NCBI RefSeq assembly: GCF_040938485.1
Contig: NW_027270984.1
Span: forward strand, 2,480,001 to 2,544,000
Length of the DNA stretch: 64,000 nt
Direction of reading: 5' to 3'
Source of the DNA: Diadema antillarum
Lineage: Eukaryota
Shown: one piece after another, positions 38,811 through 52,638 of the stretch
Layout of the letters: each line of letters opens with the position of its first letter
Numbering within the stretch: the first letter of the stretch is position 1
The notes under the pieces: model-generated
Told to the model about the DNA's origin: nothing
Databases searched by the model: none
The model's input: only the letters and a program-made list of their open reading frames with translations
Position numbers and translations under genes: made by a program

Positions 38811-41800
38811 GAAAAAAATATATATAAGATAACACTGTTATTGATATTATGCGTAATAGAGTGCAATTTAGTTGGAGGTGATATGGATATAAAATCATGA
38901 ATCAGTTTCATTAAATCCATGATTAATTTTTGAAGTTAAGTTCCAACTTTGGTCAAATTTAAAACCTCTGTACAAACTTGAACTTTACACAGAAACCAAT
39001 GATGTGTATGTGAGTTTTATGTTTAAATGAACTTGAACAATAGACATGAATACTACGAATACCACATTTCCAGAGTCCTGGTGACTAGGCTCCTGGTCTC
39101 TTGCTCCAAGGCACATGAATGCTTTATTTGCATGATGGATTGCCCTGGGCACTGCTATTCTGAATTCATGGTAAAGGGTAAAATGTATGCACATTAAAAC
39201 AGTAAGCACATGTTTTTATGTGCTTGCATACACTACATTTTAGAATGAATAAATCCCAGCTGTGATAATGGAATTCCTCATGAATATGTAATAGAGCATT
39301 CAAACCCCTGCCATTGTTCAGGACCATTGTCTGGGTGTTCACCACACACTCCTCATCAATTGACCCCTGTGCAAAGTTAAAACTTTTGCACAGAGGGTTG
39401 AAATAGAGCAAAATCTGAACCATAAAGTTCAGAATAATTTTCAACCAACGGGACATATTTCTTGCTGAATCTCCTTCGAATTTCCTTCAAATTTGAGATG
39501 AATGTATCCCATCATAGAGCTGTGGGTATATTACGGTTATGTAACTGCCGTCTGGTTGAGTTAGGTGTAGTTATTTATACTCTAGGTTGGGTCGTTCCTA
39601 ACATGATAATATTTTGCCCCCTGCGACAAGTTTGCTCCCATTAAGATATCTAATTATTCTACCCACAAACATAATCCTTACCCAAATCATCATATCACAC
39701 TAAACCTAAAACACTGACCCAATCCTACCCCAATTAGTCCTTGGCGAAAATACAAAAATAAGAAGACCGGAGCTATTGTCGCAGGAGCAAAAATAATGTC
39801 GTGTCACCCACTGATCTCTATAAAAATGTGGAGATCAGTGGTGTCACCAGGTTGCGTTCATAACAGCGCCCTCACGTGCTCTATCGTTTCAAAGGTGGAT
39901 GAACGATGAGGCAGATATCATTTTCTGTTGCACTATAAATGTGACAAAATCACATTGGTCTTGGAAATGCATTTGCATTGCACGGCGTCGAACGTTCCTA
40001 ATAAGTATGGAAGGAATTTTCTGTAAACGGCATTGCTCGTAGAGGGTTTCTTAAAAGAGAAAGTTCATACATGTTTAAACACGTAAACTACAAAACATAA
40101 AACAAAGCATTACTTTGATTTCAAATGACTTTGAATACTGCCCTGTGGATACACATAATGACGATTTCGAATTAAATTAGTCTCCAACACATACCAGCGG
40201 GAGTGACAACTCAATCGATCCACCTCTTTAAAAAAGAATATCTTACATAATCCACGTTGTTGTTGTTGATGTTGTTCTTTTGAATTTATTGAGCTTTGCA
40301 GGATAGGCAATCTGCTAACAAAAAATACAATTCATTAATTTCATTACTGAAATTTGAATACAAAACCTACCCTATACAACTAACCTTTGACATACTAGTG
40401 AGGCCCCACCTTTGACATACTAGTGAGGCCCCATTTACAATTATTACTATATAAAATATGCATGAATGTTTGGGTAAATTGTTTTTCTTTTTCATTCATA
40501 CATGCGTGTGTGTGTGGGTTTTTTTTTTATGAGTCTGGAAATGAAAAAAAAATAATGTTAACTTATTTATTTCTTCTCAGAATATTTTTCTCAATTTGTT
40601 TCCGTCATATTGTGGGAATAAAACTTGCAATGAAAGAAAACGGTTGGTTCGCTTTGGTTGGCAAAACGTGCATGTATAACCAAGATTAATAAAATAACTT
40701 TAACCGGAGGTTATGCCGCAATCCTCTTAATTGATTTTTTTCATTCTCTCTTTTTTTTTTTAATTTCCCTTTTTCTGTCTTCATCTTTCGTATGGGAATG
40801 ATACGAAGTGTGTTTACGTGTTTGTAATATCAGTAAATAAATTTCTTCATAACTCTCTAACCACCACTCTCCCTTTAATTTGTAGCCCTACCAGTTATAA
40901 TTGAATTCTAGCAGCAGCTGTAACCACTGGTTACGTAGCCTTTTGCTAAGGCAGCTCGCTGTAATTTCAGCATGCGCGCACACAGCGCGCGACCGGCGAG
41001 CTGCGAGAGTAGCGAGCGTCGCTACCATCCGATCGTTGTGTGCGCGTGTCGCTACCATCCGATCGTTGTGTGCGCGCGAGTCCATCACCTGCATAGAGAT
41101 GTATACTAATAATATACTAGAGCGCGGACTGCGTGTGGCGCGTACGCAGTGCTCGTGTGCCGAGATGAAGAGGCCGCGCGCCATCTTTGTCCGGGCAAAA
41201 ACAAGCATCGCGTCCGGGCAGCGCAGTAGTGGTGGACACGTGAACACGTATACAACAAGCGCTCAAACACGTATTGCATTTCAGCAAAAAGATGAGGGGG
41301 TCGGAGATGAGAGAAGGAAACAACTCAAAAATTTAAGTTGCTAGCAATCTCTTATTATGAGTGGTAAAGAAAATGAAAATGAAAAAAAAAATTACTTTAT
41401 TCTCAACGAGGTAATACTTTCAAGCCGACCAACACGACCATGGTCCATGCAATACAAAGGGTTCTCTTGGTCTCTAGACTGCCGGATGCCCCTTGTGATA
41501 CAGTATACTGCGTCAATTTTTTTTTTTTTTTTTGCAGTTATATTTTTTTTTTCTGTATGAGGGGACTGCATTCTATAGTCCTATCTGTGTATACGAGTGT
41601 TTCATTGTATTTCTTTTTTTTCTGGTGGTGGTGGAAATGAAATAAATCATTTTTATAAGTACGTGTAGGCATATTGGTTACATGACATATTGATGTTCAA
41701 GCTCGAAATGCTAATGTTGAAGCTTACATAAACCCTAACCCAAATCATAACACCCACGGTGACCCTAATCCTAATCCTCACCCTGCCTTTCTTACAAGAG

Positions 41801-42283
41801 CCAAAAGCCCAATCAGACCCATGATGGTAATTCTATTTTCAGAAAGATATCAATGCCGGAGCATATGTCCTGTCACCAGGCATATATTACGTATTCTGAG
41901 CTTTTCTCACACTATCTTAGTGAAATTAACTGCTGGTATAGCAAAGGGTGGAGGAACGATTTTTTTTTTTGGGAGGGGGGGGGGGCTCAAGGGCCAAATA
42001 GGGCACTTAGAAATGAGCACTTTTTTAACTTAAAAAGGGGAGTTTTTGTTTCTGTTTTTGTTTTGAAATGGGGCAAATGCCCCCTCCCCCGTTCCGCCGA
42101 CCTTGCATATAGTTATGTACTGTATTAGCTATCTATATTATAGTAGCAATAGATCGAGAATAGCTGAGGGAGGGCGGAGTGCCCCTGACGAATTTTGCGA
42201 GACCTTTTCTTTTCTTTTTCCTTCTTTTTTTTTTGCCTTGAATCAATCTGTTTAACACACACTATAAATGTAATTTTAGTTAC

Positions 42284-42355
42284 TTGTGAAAGGAAACTCC
42301 GCTCCCCTTCTTTTCTCCTGTTTCTACATCCAAAAGCAGCACATGAACCAGGCAT
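42284..42355 (-). pseudogene. THAP zinc-finger first exon with a +1 frameshift
   Basis: MPGSCAAFGCRNRRKEG. Removing one G from the GGGG run gives ...SGVSFHK followed by a gtaact donor, the typical THAP CxxxxC...SFHx|FP start. No second exon was found. Confidence 0.75.
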
Positions 42356-42570
42356 TTTGCAACATAGATCTATGCTACTTTAAGTAGAATTTGCGAATTT
42401 AAGAACATTTTTCGATTTCCAAACTCCGATGGAGACCTTGGCATAGATGCTAGCCTACTGCCGTTGCATCCCGTCGTCGATCTCCCTGCATGCTCCGCTA
42501 GCGCTACACGTTATCGGTACGGTCGCTAGTCGAAATTTGCCCGGACCAAAATGGCGAACGCCTCCTTCTA

Positions 42571-43038
42571 GGGCTCACACCTGTAAATAAAATGGACTGT
42601 CCCAGACCCCTTCACAAATTCGTACCAAAGATACCAAAATAAATGAAGAAAAAAATTAATTAAAAATCAATGATGTAGTTTGGCAAAAAACTGAATAGCT
42701 GTAGATATTGAGTATGAATTCCTCTACAAACTGCATTTTGGTTGGAAGATGAAAGCTTTTCTGATGGAATTTGAGGGGACTATATTTCATTGGGTACGTG
42801 TACGGAAAATAGGTGATTTTTTGAGTGACAAGAACTCGTAGTCTGGCTTTGCGGACCCCTGGACAGAATTAGAGCTGAACAACCCACCCTGGCAATCTGA
42901 TGGATGAAAGGTAATATCTCACTTATTCAGGTTAGTGAAGATGAAACACCTGATTTCTCCCAGCTATTTTACAGAATTTTTTGAAATTTGAATTTTAACA
43001 CACGTCTCTATGGGGAATTATTTACCCGTGTGAGCCCT
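42571..43038. mobile_element. Harbinger-like MITE nested in the right subterminal region of the P-like element
   Basis: TIRs gggctcacac(ct/gg)gtaaataa with a 3-bp direct repeat cta. Removing it restores similarity to the left subterminal repeat (cgccat..t.gtccgggcaaa). Confidence 0.8.
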
Positions 43039-44307
43039 CTATCGGTCACAGGGATTTTACGGAGTCCGCCCTCTAGTGTTCTTAGTATACATCTCTATGA
43101 TCACCTGCCGTATGGAGTCCATTTGCGAGCTGCTTTTGCAAAATGCTACTGGCCAGTACGTGGCAACCACCGCTTTCAAACAATTTATAATGATATTATA
43201 AAAATGTTCTTCCGTCTGTCGGCATAATGTCAGGTATCGCTCATTGATCGTAAATGTTCTTGTCTCCTGGCATAAACACTTCGATTTCCATCTTTCCCTT
43301 CACCATACCTTGTCACCAAGTAGGTTTTAATTTGTTATTCATTATTATCATTTCTTTCTTTTACATTTGAATTACTGAAACTGTACTGGTCTTACACTAG
43401 AGACACAGTGACCAGTTCCAGCGTGCACGTTTATTTTCATAACTATTAAATTTTCACTTGACATCTATACATACACTTAAAAAAAGCAAACTAACAAACA
43501 AAAACAAAAAACAAACAAGCAAAAATATGATATAAAGCGGGTCATGACTAGAAAGTGTGTCAGCATACATTCATGTACATAATTATGATTATCTACATAA
43601 AAGACAATTCTCTATAACTTGTGAAATATGATGGGACCGCAATAGGAAAGCACGTACACGCGGGTTCCAGGAAAAAAAAAAATCAAGGTAAATAATTTGT
43701 TTTGCAATGGAGATAGGACACGAAGTGCTAATGACGAAACTACATGAAAGCTAAAATAGCAAGGTACAAAGGTAAGAAGAAGTAAAAGAAAAGGAACATG
43801 GAATGAGAAAAAGAAAAAGAAAAAGAAACAAAGCAAAAACTATTATAACTGAATCATAATTTATTGATTTCATCATGAGGGGAAATATACCCGTATCCCC
43901 CTCCTCTCCATGGAATTGATCATGGGAAAGGACCACATGTCACGGATGGAAGAGAAATTCAATTAATTTACCTCATCTATGCACGACCTACCATTGGATG
44001 ATTGATTTGCATTGCATGGGCCTCATACCATCGAGTGCTCTACGTTATATAGCTCTTAATTATTTGCGTTCATACTGGCTCGATGACAACACATCTATGG
44101 GCTTTATCAGTTTTGATTCAATGTTGGCTAGAATACCGACGCTACAGAGCCATCACGCTTCCTGCAACTAATCTGTTGCACACTGCATGCATCTACATAA
44201 AGCTATACATACATCGGTGACACGGAGAAACCATTTCCCCATCTCCACTTGATTATAATCATCATCTCACCTGTCCATTCTTCATCGTCTCTGATCGGAC
44301 TTTAGCG

Positions 44308-44431
44308 ATGCTCGTCTCCCAGATGGGAGGGTCTCTGCTGGACACCCTGGATGACCCACTGGTCCCGAGACCCAAGGATGATGTCCCCATCATCTCGCCG
44401 AAGAAACCGTGTCCTGTTGATGATTGGGGCA
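44308..44431 (+). CDS. Candidate coding exon (MLVSQMGGSLLDTLDDPLVPRPKDDVPIISPKKPCPVDDWG); possible distal first exon of the CARD-DD gene
   Basis: GC-rich island in AT-rich DNA with a consensus |gtaagt donor in phase 1. A tttag acceptor lies 2 nt upstream of the ATG. Linkage to the downstream gene is inferred only from phase. Confidence 0.5.
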
Positions 44432-47400
44432 GTAAGTTGTCACCATTTACTCTCCCCTCTCTCTCAATTGTTTCTTTTTCTTCCTCTTCAGTGCAGTCTG
44501 TATTTTGTTGTTTCTCTCAACAACAACAACAACACACTTATTATAAAGATTGTTATTTTACAGCTATTTTAATTGTCTACATGTCTCCCCAGCATGTTAC
44601 TAGCCGTAGCGTGTCGGTGTGTGTGTCGTAAAAAAATGACCGGGGTAAATATTTATAACGACACTTGCCCAGCAAAAAAAAAAAAAAAAAAAAATGAAAA
44701 AAAAATGAATAAATAAATCAAATAAATAAATAAATAAACAAATGATTCATAATACTGAGCATCAAGATCATGCAAGCCGCCAGCATGAAAAACAACTTAA
44801 TGAAGTGCCGCATTTATTATCAGAATACACCAAACCCGGGCGTGTAGGCGTGATTGCCGTAATGTAGGTGGCTTGGGTTGTCAGGCCTATAGATATTTGT
44901 AAAGACGATATCCCAATGAAAAAGAAAATGAATGAATAATTCTCAGCACCAAAGTCCTGCAAGTTGCCAGTGTATATCAAAAACAAAACAAAATGTGAAG
45001 AGAATCCTTCAAGAGTCAAACTAAATTGACCCATAGACTCATACTTGTTAAAATGACTAGAACAGTGCGAATGGCAGTTTGTTCACGTGCATGTGATTAG
45101 GAGCACGACTGTTCTTATGCAATGATAATTATGCATAATGGTTCGCAGCCATTTCAAAATCTTAAACACCTCAGTCAAAAAAAAAGTTCTCAATATTTCC
45201 TTTAGAATGATGTACAGTGTCTGTAAAAATTTTCTGAAACTTCATCTTGTAACGTTTACTTGCCATATCACATGCTCCAGCACTAGAAAATATGTATGAT
45301 GATTCGTGTGAGCCGTAGACAGAAAGCAGAAACAAAAACAATACAAATGAGCAACGGATGCAACTTTGTCGTATGTAATTTTATTTTTTAACTAATAGGG
45401 CCTAGTTGTTTGCTGACCACATTGAGTGTTTACTTAGGAAGTTAACTTATTCTGCGTGAATTTTGGACACCATTATGTGCATTTTATTCAAATGAATGTA
45501 AATTGCATAGAAAATGTCGACGTAATAACTATTCCATCTCCATTATTTTCATATTTCATATTACACTGACGTATATATTACCCTTAGCACAGTTTGTTGT
45601 GCTTCTGTGTTCTCTTTGTCACATACCCTTTATGTGAAACGTTCAACGTTGTTACCATAGTTACATCAATAATAAAACTCTGGCTCGTTCCCGTGGAAAC
45701 CACGCATCTGAAACACAATTGCCACAGGCAGTTGTTAACTGTGGCTTAATGTTGACCTTCATCGCTTCTAGCAATGAGGAAAAAAGAGTTCGTGGCAATT
45801 ACACTTATTGAGCGATATTGATGACATCGTCCTTCCGTATGGACGGGTATCACGTATAGACACCAAATTAATTCCATCACTTTTCGCACGGCATCAGGGT
45901 CATAGATCTTCATATGCTAATGTTTCTTTCTGTTGTAATATGTTTAAAAGCACATGCTTGATAAGTCACACACACACACATACACACACATAAATAGTAT
46001 GTTTCGATAGTAATTGTCTTCTCAAGAAAATTGTGCTTTACTTTTTAGTTCATGTGACACCGTGAGTAAAATTTTTTCATATGCCCATCATAATATGTCT
46101 ATCAGAGCAAAGGTTTAACCGATCCACGACTTACATGTTTGTCTCAATGAATCTGTATTTTCTTCTTTTTCATATACATTTTATATGTTTGGGTCAAATA
46201 TCCAAGACAAAACGTTGTTTGTTTTGCTTTGTTTCTTTTTTTTTTGTGGGGGGGGGGGGGGTGGGTGGAGGGCGGGGATATTTCTCAGACATATCTATGT
46301 TTATTTTGTGATATGTATCAAATTTTGAAATTTTCTCTTATTTATTAGTAGGATGATAGTGCTTGGTTTGGCTTTGGCTTGAATTGCTGCCTTATTTCTG
46401 CATTTTTCAAACACAAACAAAATACTATATGACATAACAGTTAAATAACAAATCATAAATTTTATGCATATTCGGTATCTAAATGCAGCGTGCAATATCT
46501 AACACACTTCAATCTTATGAAACATTTAAGCAATATAACTCCATGCCTTTCGGATAATGACAATAACGTTTCCATTAATTTTATCATGCATGTCTTTAAA
46601 TCTCTTGGAAATGAGTCCAAAAAGTACAACTTTAGCCGCAAAATTGAAATGAGAAACGTTGAAAAAAGGGAAATAATATGTCATCTTTGAAGAAGACGAA
46701 GAAGACGGTTAATTACGTAGCGATATCTTTCTATTTCCACTGTTTGTATTGCACCTAGGCCATCGGGTATATAGTGCAAGCATTGAATATTACTCCATCC
46801 AGTTGAGCAAAATACACATCATCACCAAGAGAAGCGAATATCCATACAACTTTTCTAACGTTGGTTTTTTTTTTTTCTCATGTTTCTTTGCTTATTTCAG
46901 TGTTTCTGAGCAATACAACATGACTGAAGGATATGGATAAAATTTTCAAATTTGACCCATATTCTGTTTGGTTTTTTTTTTTTTTTTTTGTGCTGATGCC
47001 GAGTATGGTTTCGATCTTCTTTTTTTCTTCTTTTTCTTATTTTTTTTTCAAAGATGCGTCTATCGTTCTATGGTGGAAGTGACCTTTGAGGAGATTTTGC
47101 ACCTTTTGAGCGTGTCTTGTAAATACTCGTGATAGTCCTGAAAGTAATTAAGGCCTAACATGCCGTCCTCACTGTCTTTTCATTAGTATCATAATTATTA
47201 TCTTAATTGATTATTCGGTATTAAAATAATGACAAGTTTACTGCCGGTTCAGCACCACCAACGCTTGAATGAAAAACATGAATCGCCTCTGGAACATCGT
47301 GAGTTAATAATGAATCCTATGAAATAAGAAGCCATGTTTTCGATACCCTGTGAGTTCAACATTGTCAAAGCTCCCGAAATAGTAGCACTACCCAATTGTT

Positions 47401-48334
47401 GTTCATAGGCACAATGCCTTGCTCGTAAACAACAATCAACGTGGGAAGGTCATCGTTAAAATCGATGATTATTTAAGGTACTGCCTGAAGGGGGCGCCCT
47501 TGCATACCCTGTAAAATACGTTGAGCATAAATTATTAGTCAGGATCTTACTTTTCTTTTCCTTTTCTCTTCCATTCGTTGATTCCTCGTTGTCAACAGTT
47601 GAGTATGTGTTGATAACTTACTTTTGCGAAGGGTCTGTGAACGCAAAATTCTGCATTAATCAGTTTATTCTCTTCTTAGTTTAACGCAATGTCAGCCACT
47701 ATTTGAAACGACCAGTACGGCCGATACATTCATATACAGTAGATTTCTTCTTGTCTATTCAACAATGCCTACTTTAGGGAAATCATTCGAAGAATTGAAT
47801 ACTAGTACATAACCTGGTCCTGCTTTTTGCTACCAGTCTTATCATAAAGAGGACATTGTGTCCATCATGCATGTAGCAATCCACTTGCTCGTAAATTGCA
47901 CTCTGGGTTTGCGAAGTTATGAATTAATTCTGGACTACCACCATATTAGAACATTGTGAGTTCTGGACAACACATCCTGATAACTTATGGCAAATTGATA
48001 GAACAAAAAATAAACAAGTAAATTATACGACGTCATTACTAATTATACTCTTCACGTAAACGGTCTGTAGATAATGTTAAGCTGTCATATTGTCTACTCT
48101 ATATACAGCGTATAATGATAACCTACGCTAGCGCAACCTACGCTAAGACAGTGAAATAGAGTACGGAACATACAAAAGGAATTAACGTCTCTTTTATCGA
48201 AAACTGTGAGTCACATGATAGCTTTAAACTTACACAGTACCAGCGGTAAAAGACTTACATTCTGAACTTTATCATAATCATAAGATAATAATCATTATCA
48301 CATAATCATTTGCTAAAAACTTGTAAGAAGTACC

Positions 48335-48612
48335 GGGTGCTGTTCGTTATTCCGAAGGTTCGCTATTCCGAAGGTTCGTTATTCCCAAGGGTCGTTAATC
48401 CGAAACACGCAAATTCCCTATACCTAGAAGTTCGTTAATCCGAAAATGACAAGGGGTTCGTTAATCCGAAAATTTGTGGCGTTATTCCGAAGGTTCGTTA
48501 TTCCGAAGATTGGTTAATCCGAAAATAAATTCGGAACAATGAACCTTCGGAATAACGAATCTTAGGAATAAAGAGCCTTCGGAATAACCTTCGAATAACG
48601 AGCTGTAACCGA
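48335..48612. mobile_element. MITE built of gttcgttattccgaag repeats, then their inverse
   Basis: About 8 forward copies of ttcgtta(t/a)tccgaa, then inverted ttcggaataacga copies. It ends gagctgtaaccg. Confidence 0.7.
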
Positions 48613-49987
48613 AGTACCAACGATCATTGCTTCGTTTATGGGAAGCCCAAACTCGCAATGATAATATAGCACTTCCAGCAGAGAAATCTTATGTATCTCT
48701 CAGACTGATAAGAGAAATAATCGAATATTGATTGTCTTAATGACCAAGAACCACAAGTATTGGTCATTACGTGCACATTTACACCACAATCAATACCGAC
48801 CGCAGGTATATAGGTTACCAGAGATGGAGATCGACCTTGGAAGTTGAAAGTTAGTCTTTACTTTTAGTCAAGTCTAAAGTTTTTACGATAATGTGTTTGT
48901 CTCTATTTACCCCTCACTGTTTAATGAGTCCATGGTTTATCTTTGTCAAATAAGCGTTTTTCAAGACTTGTGTAAATTTATGCCTATAATATTGGTAGGT
49001 ATATCTAAGCAAAGAAACAAAGACAGACCAAGTGAGCAATGTAAAGAAGGATAGAACAAACGAAAGACTACGATCTTCTAGTGCAACCCACCCCGCTCGT
49101 AGTTGTGTTTATATGTGAGACGAAATGACATCGTCTGCCAATGTTAGTAAACGCTGATCGGTAACAGAGATACCACGATCTCGTATAGTTTTCTCCCCGT
49201 GTAAACACATCACCCCCTGTGCGTATCCATTGACAGGTACACTGCATCGCGTGCAACCGCAGAGGTCAGTCTGCCGGTGAACCCGCCTTTGTATCGATCA
49301 TGCAAATAAAGATTCACAAAGCGTCTCGTTTCTAGGGGACGGGGGATTAGTACACAGCGGTAGAACAGCGTGAAGAAGTTTGAGCTTATGACAGGGTACA
49401 CAAACTTCCGCACATGCACGAAGACGTTGCATTGTAGACGGTAGGCCCACTATCTTTAACGACTCGCAGCCGTGAGCAAAACCGAAAGGGGCTTGTCGCC
49501 GCACCTGGCTCTCGAAGAGTTAGCGATTTGGGCAACAATATTGACGTTATCCATTGGGATTTGGAATAGTGTTAGTCTGGGAAAGACGCCCCTTTTGCTT
49601 GGTGAATCTCTGTCGATTATCTATTTTCCCCGGGCTTGTACCTATTTCCTTGACACCGTTGTTGACACCGATCTGCTTCGAAGTGGGCTGCAGCGCCGCC
49701 ACAATGTAAAACCTTCTTGGGGAAGGTGCGATAAAGTCATCAACAGAACCCTTAGTAGTTCACAAAGTCTACTTGGATACGCACGTAGCCAATGATCTTT
49801 ATTGCTGTGCACGCGGATATCACATACTCACTTTGTCATCTTGATAGAAAGCCCCACATCCATAGAACGTTGGTCAAGAATTAGGGGGAAAATTTTCTGC
49901 CGCGAGCTTCCTAAAGATGAGATCCACCTTCTTCGCCTATCTTTGAGACCATAATTGTGAGCGATCAACTACGTGTCTCGAGACATA

Positions 49988-50090
49988 ATGCCAGTAGCAA
50001 AACCGAAGGGAAAAGCGAAGAAAGATGACAGTGCCAAGGCCAAGAAGGAAGAACCTCCCCCAACGCCTACAGACGAGAACTTGAGTCCGG
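49988..50090 (+). CDS. Candidate first coding exon (MPVAKPKGKAKKDDSAKAKKEEPPPTPTDENLSP)
   Basis: ATG preceded by an in-frame stop at 49958. Protein-like composition, G|gtatgt donor in phase 1, and a CpG-enriched ~900 bp upstream. Confidence 0.65.
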
Positions 50091-51212
50091 GTATGTATCT
50101 CGTAGACGTTGAGCTCATCAAACGTACAGTACACTGTACGTTTACTGGACTCTTTGGTTTCATTTTTGTTCATTTTCAACAACAGGTACAATTATTGTAT
50201 TTCACGTTGTTGGTATACAAACAAAAGAATATAACACCCTGTCATACATTGTACATGTGGCGTGATATTGTTACATCCATGGCACACATCGTAATTCTCA
50301 AATCTCGACAAGACCTTTCATAGCATCCACATTGTTAGAATACAATGTACATGTATGTCAGTGCACAGTAATAATTATCACAATTACGTAGGAAAATATC
50401 ATTTTTACCTCAGAAGCACAACATAACATTGTACACTGTGTACGTGGAAAAGGCGGCAACAATACACCGATGGGCTGAAATTTGGCCGAAATCACTATTG
50501 AGTTATTCTTAACATGTCAATAAAGCCTAGAGTACAATAATTATTTTAGTTGCCAAAGCAATTAAGGAGGGACTCTAAACAGGAATCGCTCCAGCAAGCA
50601 GCATGACTGAAATCCTAATATATTATTATCACAGCTACCATGTAGGAAGATCTGAAATATACATGTACGTAAGAATAAATGCCACGCAAAAGACATGAGA
50701 AATCCTCAAGTTAATCTTTCTCCGTGCATGCCTCAATGATGTTTTGTGTAAACCAACAAATTGACAAAACTATTAGATAATGATTAAAACATAAAGTAAC
50801 CTGACCTGTACGTACATGAGCATTTACATGTACAATGTATGTTGGCCTACATGTACAAGTATTTCCAAAGCTTTTGATAGATTTAAGAAATAGAAAAAAT
50901 AAGCGCGAGTGTGCTCAATGTTATACTTTAAAAATGTGATATAGATCATTGCACCGCATGACCTCAAGCAGAGGAGAGTTACTTACAATTGTACGTGTAC
51001 ACTGTAACAGAAAAAAATGTCAGTCTATTTTGTATAGAAGAAACAGCTAGAAGCATTCAAAGCGGTATCTTCATCTATTATACACGAAATAGATAGAGAG
51101 TGAGTTTGCGGTTGTTCCCATGGCACGCATCATGAGAGCCACTCGGCACAGGGATTGATTCGTTTGATATCTACACTGTAAACCGTGAATACAGAGGTTG
51201 TACATCCAAACC

Positions 51213-51245
51213 TCAGAGCGAGTCGATGTTCTCGATGATGCGGAT
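51213..51245 (-). CDS. Terminal exon of a candidate 53-aa antisense gene (IRIIENIDSL*)
   Basis: cag| acceptor in phase 0. All 10 sense codons end in C or G. The acceptor context is A-rich, which is weak. Confidence 0.4.
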   Translation of the reverse strand: MRIIENIDSL

Positions 51246-51379
51246 CTGTTTTTGCACGGTGGTTGATCAAAACAATCAGCACGAACAAACTTTATCCGCA
51301 CAGAAAAAAAAAAACAACAACAAAGAAACAAACAGTTGACACCAAGGAGTTCGTCATGTTATGCTATTTCATTATCATT

Positions 51380-51515
51380 NNNNNNNNNNNNNNNNNNNNN
51401 NNNNNNNNNNNNNNNNNNNNNNNNNNNNNNNNNNNNNNNNNNNNNNNNNNNNNNNNNNNNNNNNNNNNNNNNNNNNNNNNNNNNNNNNNNNNNNNNNNNN
51501 NNNNNNNNNNNNNNN
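51380..51515. other. Assembly gap (136 N)
   Basis: Run of N. Confidence 1.
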
Positions 51516-52543
51516 CATTACTTATTACCCATTACTTACTCGACCAGATAAAGAGTAAATGCTTATCATAAACATGCCAGTAAAAGACTGCAAATTTCTA
51601 GTTAGGAAGTTGAGTATGAGTACAAGTTTTCCGCGAACGGGTGGGTTGATTGTGGAAATGGCTGGTAGTTCTTTCGGTGTTTTCCCCCTTTCAAAGCACA
51701 GTGGCTGGTAAATTGCAATATTCCTTCTCTTCCGCATGTTCCGGATACATGCACACTTGTACATGTACAAATGTACAAGTGTACATGTACGTGCAGCAGT
51801 CCCGCGATTACTTTTTCCCCCTTTGTCTCTGATTTCCTGAGCAAAAACAAACAAACAAACAAACAAACGAAACAAAACAAAACAAAACAAAAAACTTTGT
51901 AACTTTATCGGTGAGTTCTAATTACTGTATCACTCCGTGACGAGATCATCTACACTTTGTACCTCTCTTTTGCATCATCATACTTGATACCTTTCTGTGT
52001 GTCTATATGTTTGTACCTCTGATCTGTCTAACTAGATCACATGATGAACAAAGTTCATACCTTCGTATTTGATAATATAATTGTTATGTTGTGGATGAAT
52101 TATTGTGCAAACTAATTTACACTTCGAATTGGCTCATTCTCATACCACAACTGATTAACTATCATCGACCCTTCGCCCACATTTTGATATCATTACTGTA
52201 CATTTCAGCTTAACTAGTCCTGACTATAATCAGCGATGTTACCTCATTAGGGGAGAAAAATAGCCTTTTACATACTGTATACTAGTATGCAGCGTTCGCC
52301 TTTTCAAGGTTATCTTGATACACATCAGCAAAATACACTGTAAGTATCATCCTTTTGTCAATGAGATCGGATTCAAAGTTAATAGATTGCAAAGGGAATG
52401 ATGACACCCGCTGTAAAGTTGAGTGGATAAAGCCTCCATAATATACAATGTATTATTCATGATAGTCATTGTATTACGATCATAATCGAGCCCATTTGAG
52501 GAGGAAAATAATGATTGACTGGAACTTGGGTCGTGCTTTATAC

Positions 52544-52638
52544 TTGTTGCGTTTTCATCGCTGTGTACCCGTCGGGTGATTTCTTCGTATCGAGACCTCC
52601 GCGATGCCTTTTCCAGGCGATGTCATTATCTTCAGCAA
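52544..52638 (-). CDS. Middle exon of the candidate 53-aa gene (V-AEDNDIAWKRHRGGLDTKKSPDGYTAMKTQQ)
   Basis: tttttactcag| acceptor in phase 1, CAA|gtataa donor in phase 0. Locally GC-rich. Confidence 0.45.

Larger units (their letters stand above)
41092..43099 (-). mobile_element. Non-autonomous P-element-like (THAP) DNA transposon derivative, 2008 bp
   Basis: TIRs CATAGAGATGTATACTAA...ACTAGAG(C/G)GCGGACT at both ends. Perfect 8-bp TSD atcacctg (41084-41091, 43100-43107). Internal THAP first exon. Confidence 0.88.
40915..43170. mobile_element. GC-rich host MITE split by the P-like insertion
   Basis: Inverted ends gtagccttttgctaaggcagctcgc / gcgagctgcttttgcaaaatgctac lie on either side of the insertion. 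A 29-bp tandem duplication sits at ~41018-41077. Confidence 0.6.

Noticed and set aside
40888-41344. 119-147 aa ORFs on both strands
   Set aside because: They run across MITE and P-like TIR junctions and a 29-bp tandem duplication, and stay open only because the sequence is GC-rich.
47080-47960. Minus-strand exon-like pieces (MEEKRKRK|DYHEYLQDTLKR) and a CC..H..Y PLA2-like pattern
   Set aside because: Splice signals exist, but I found no continuing exons or recognisable domain, and the flanking frames are full of stops.
49020-49960. ORFs in the CpG-enriched segment upstream of the 49988 exon
   Set aside because: No coherent frame or splice sites; better explained as promoter or 5' UTR. No snRNA or tRNA could be identified there.
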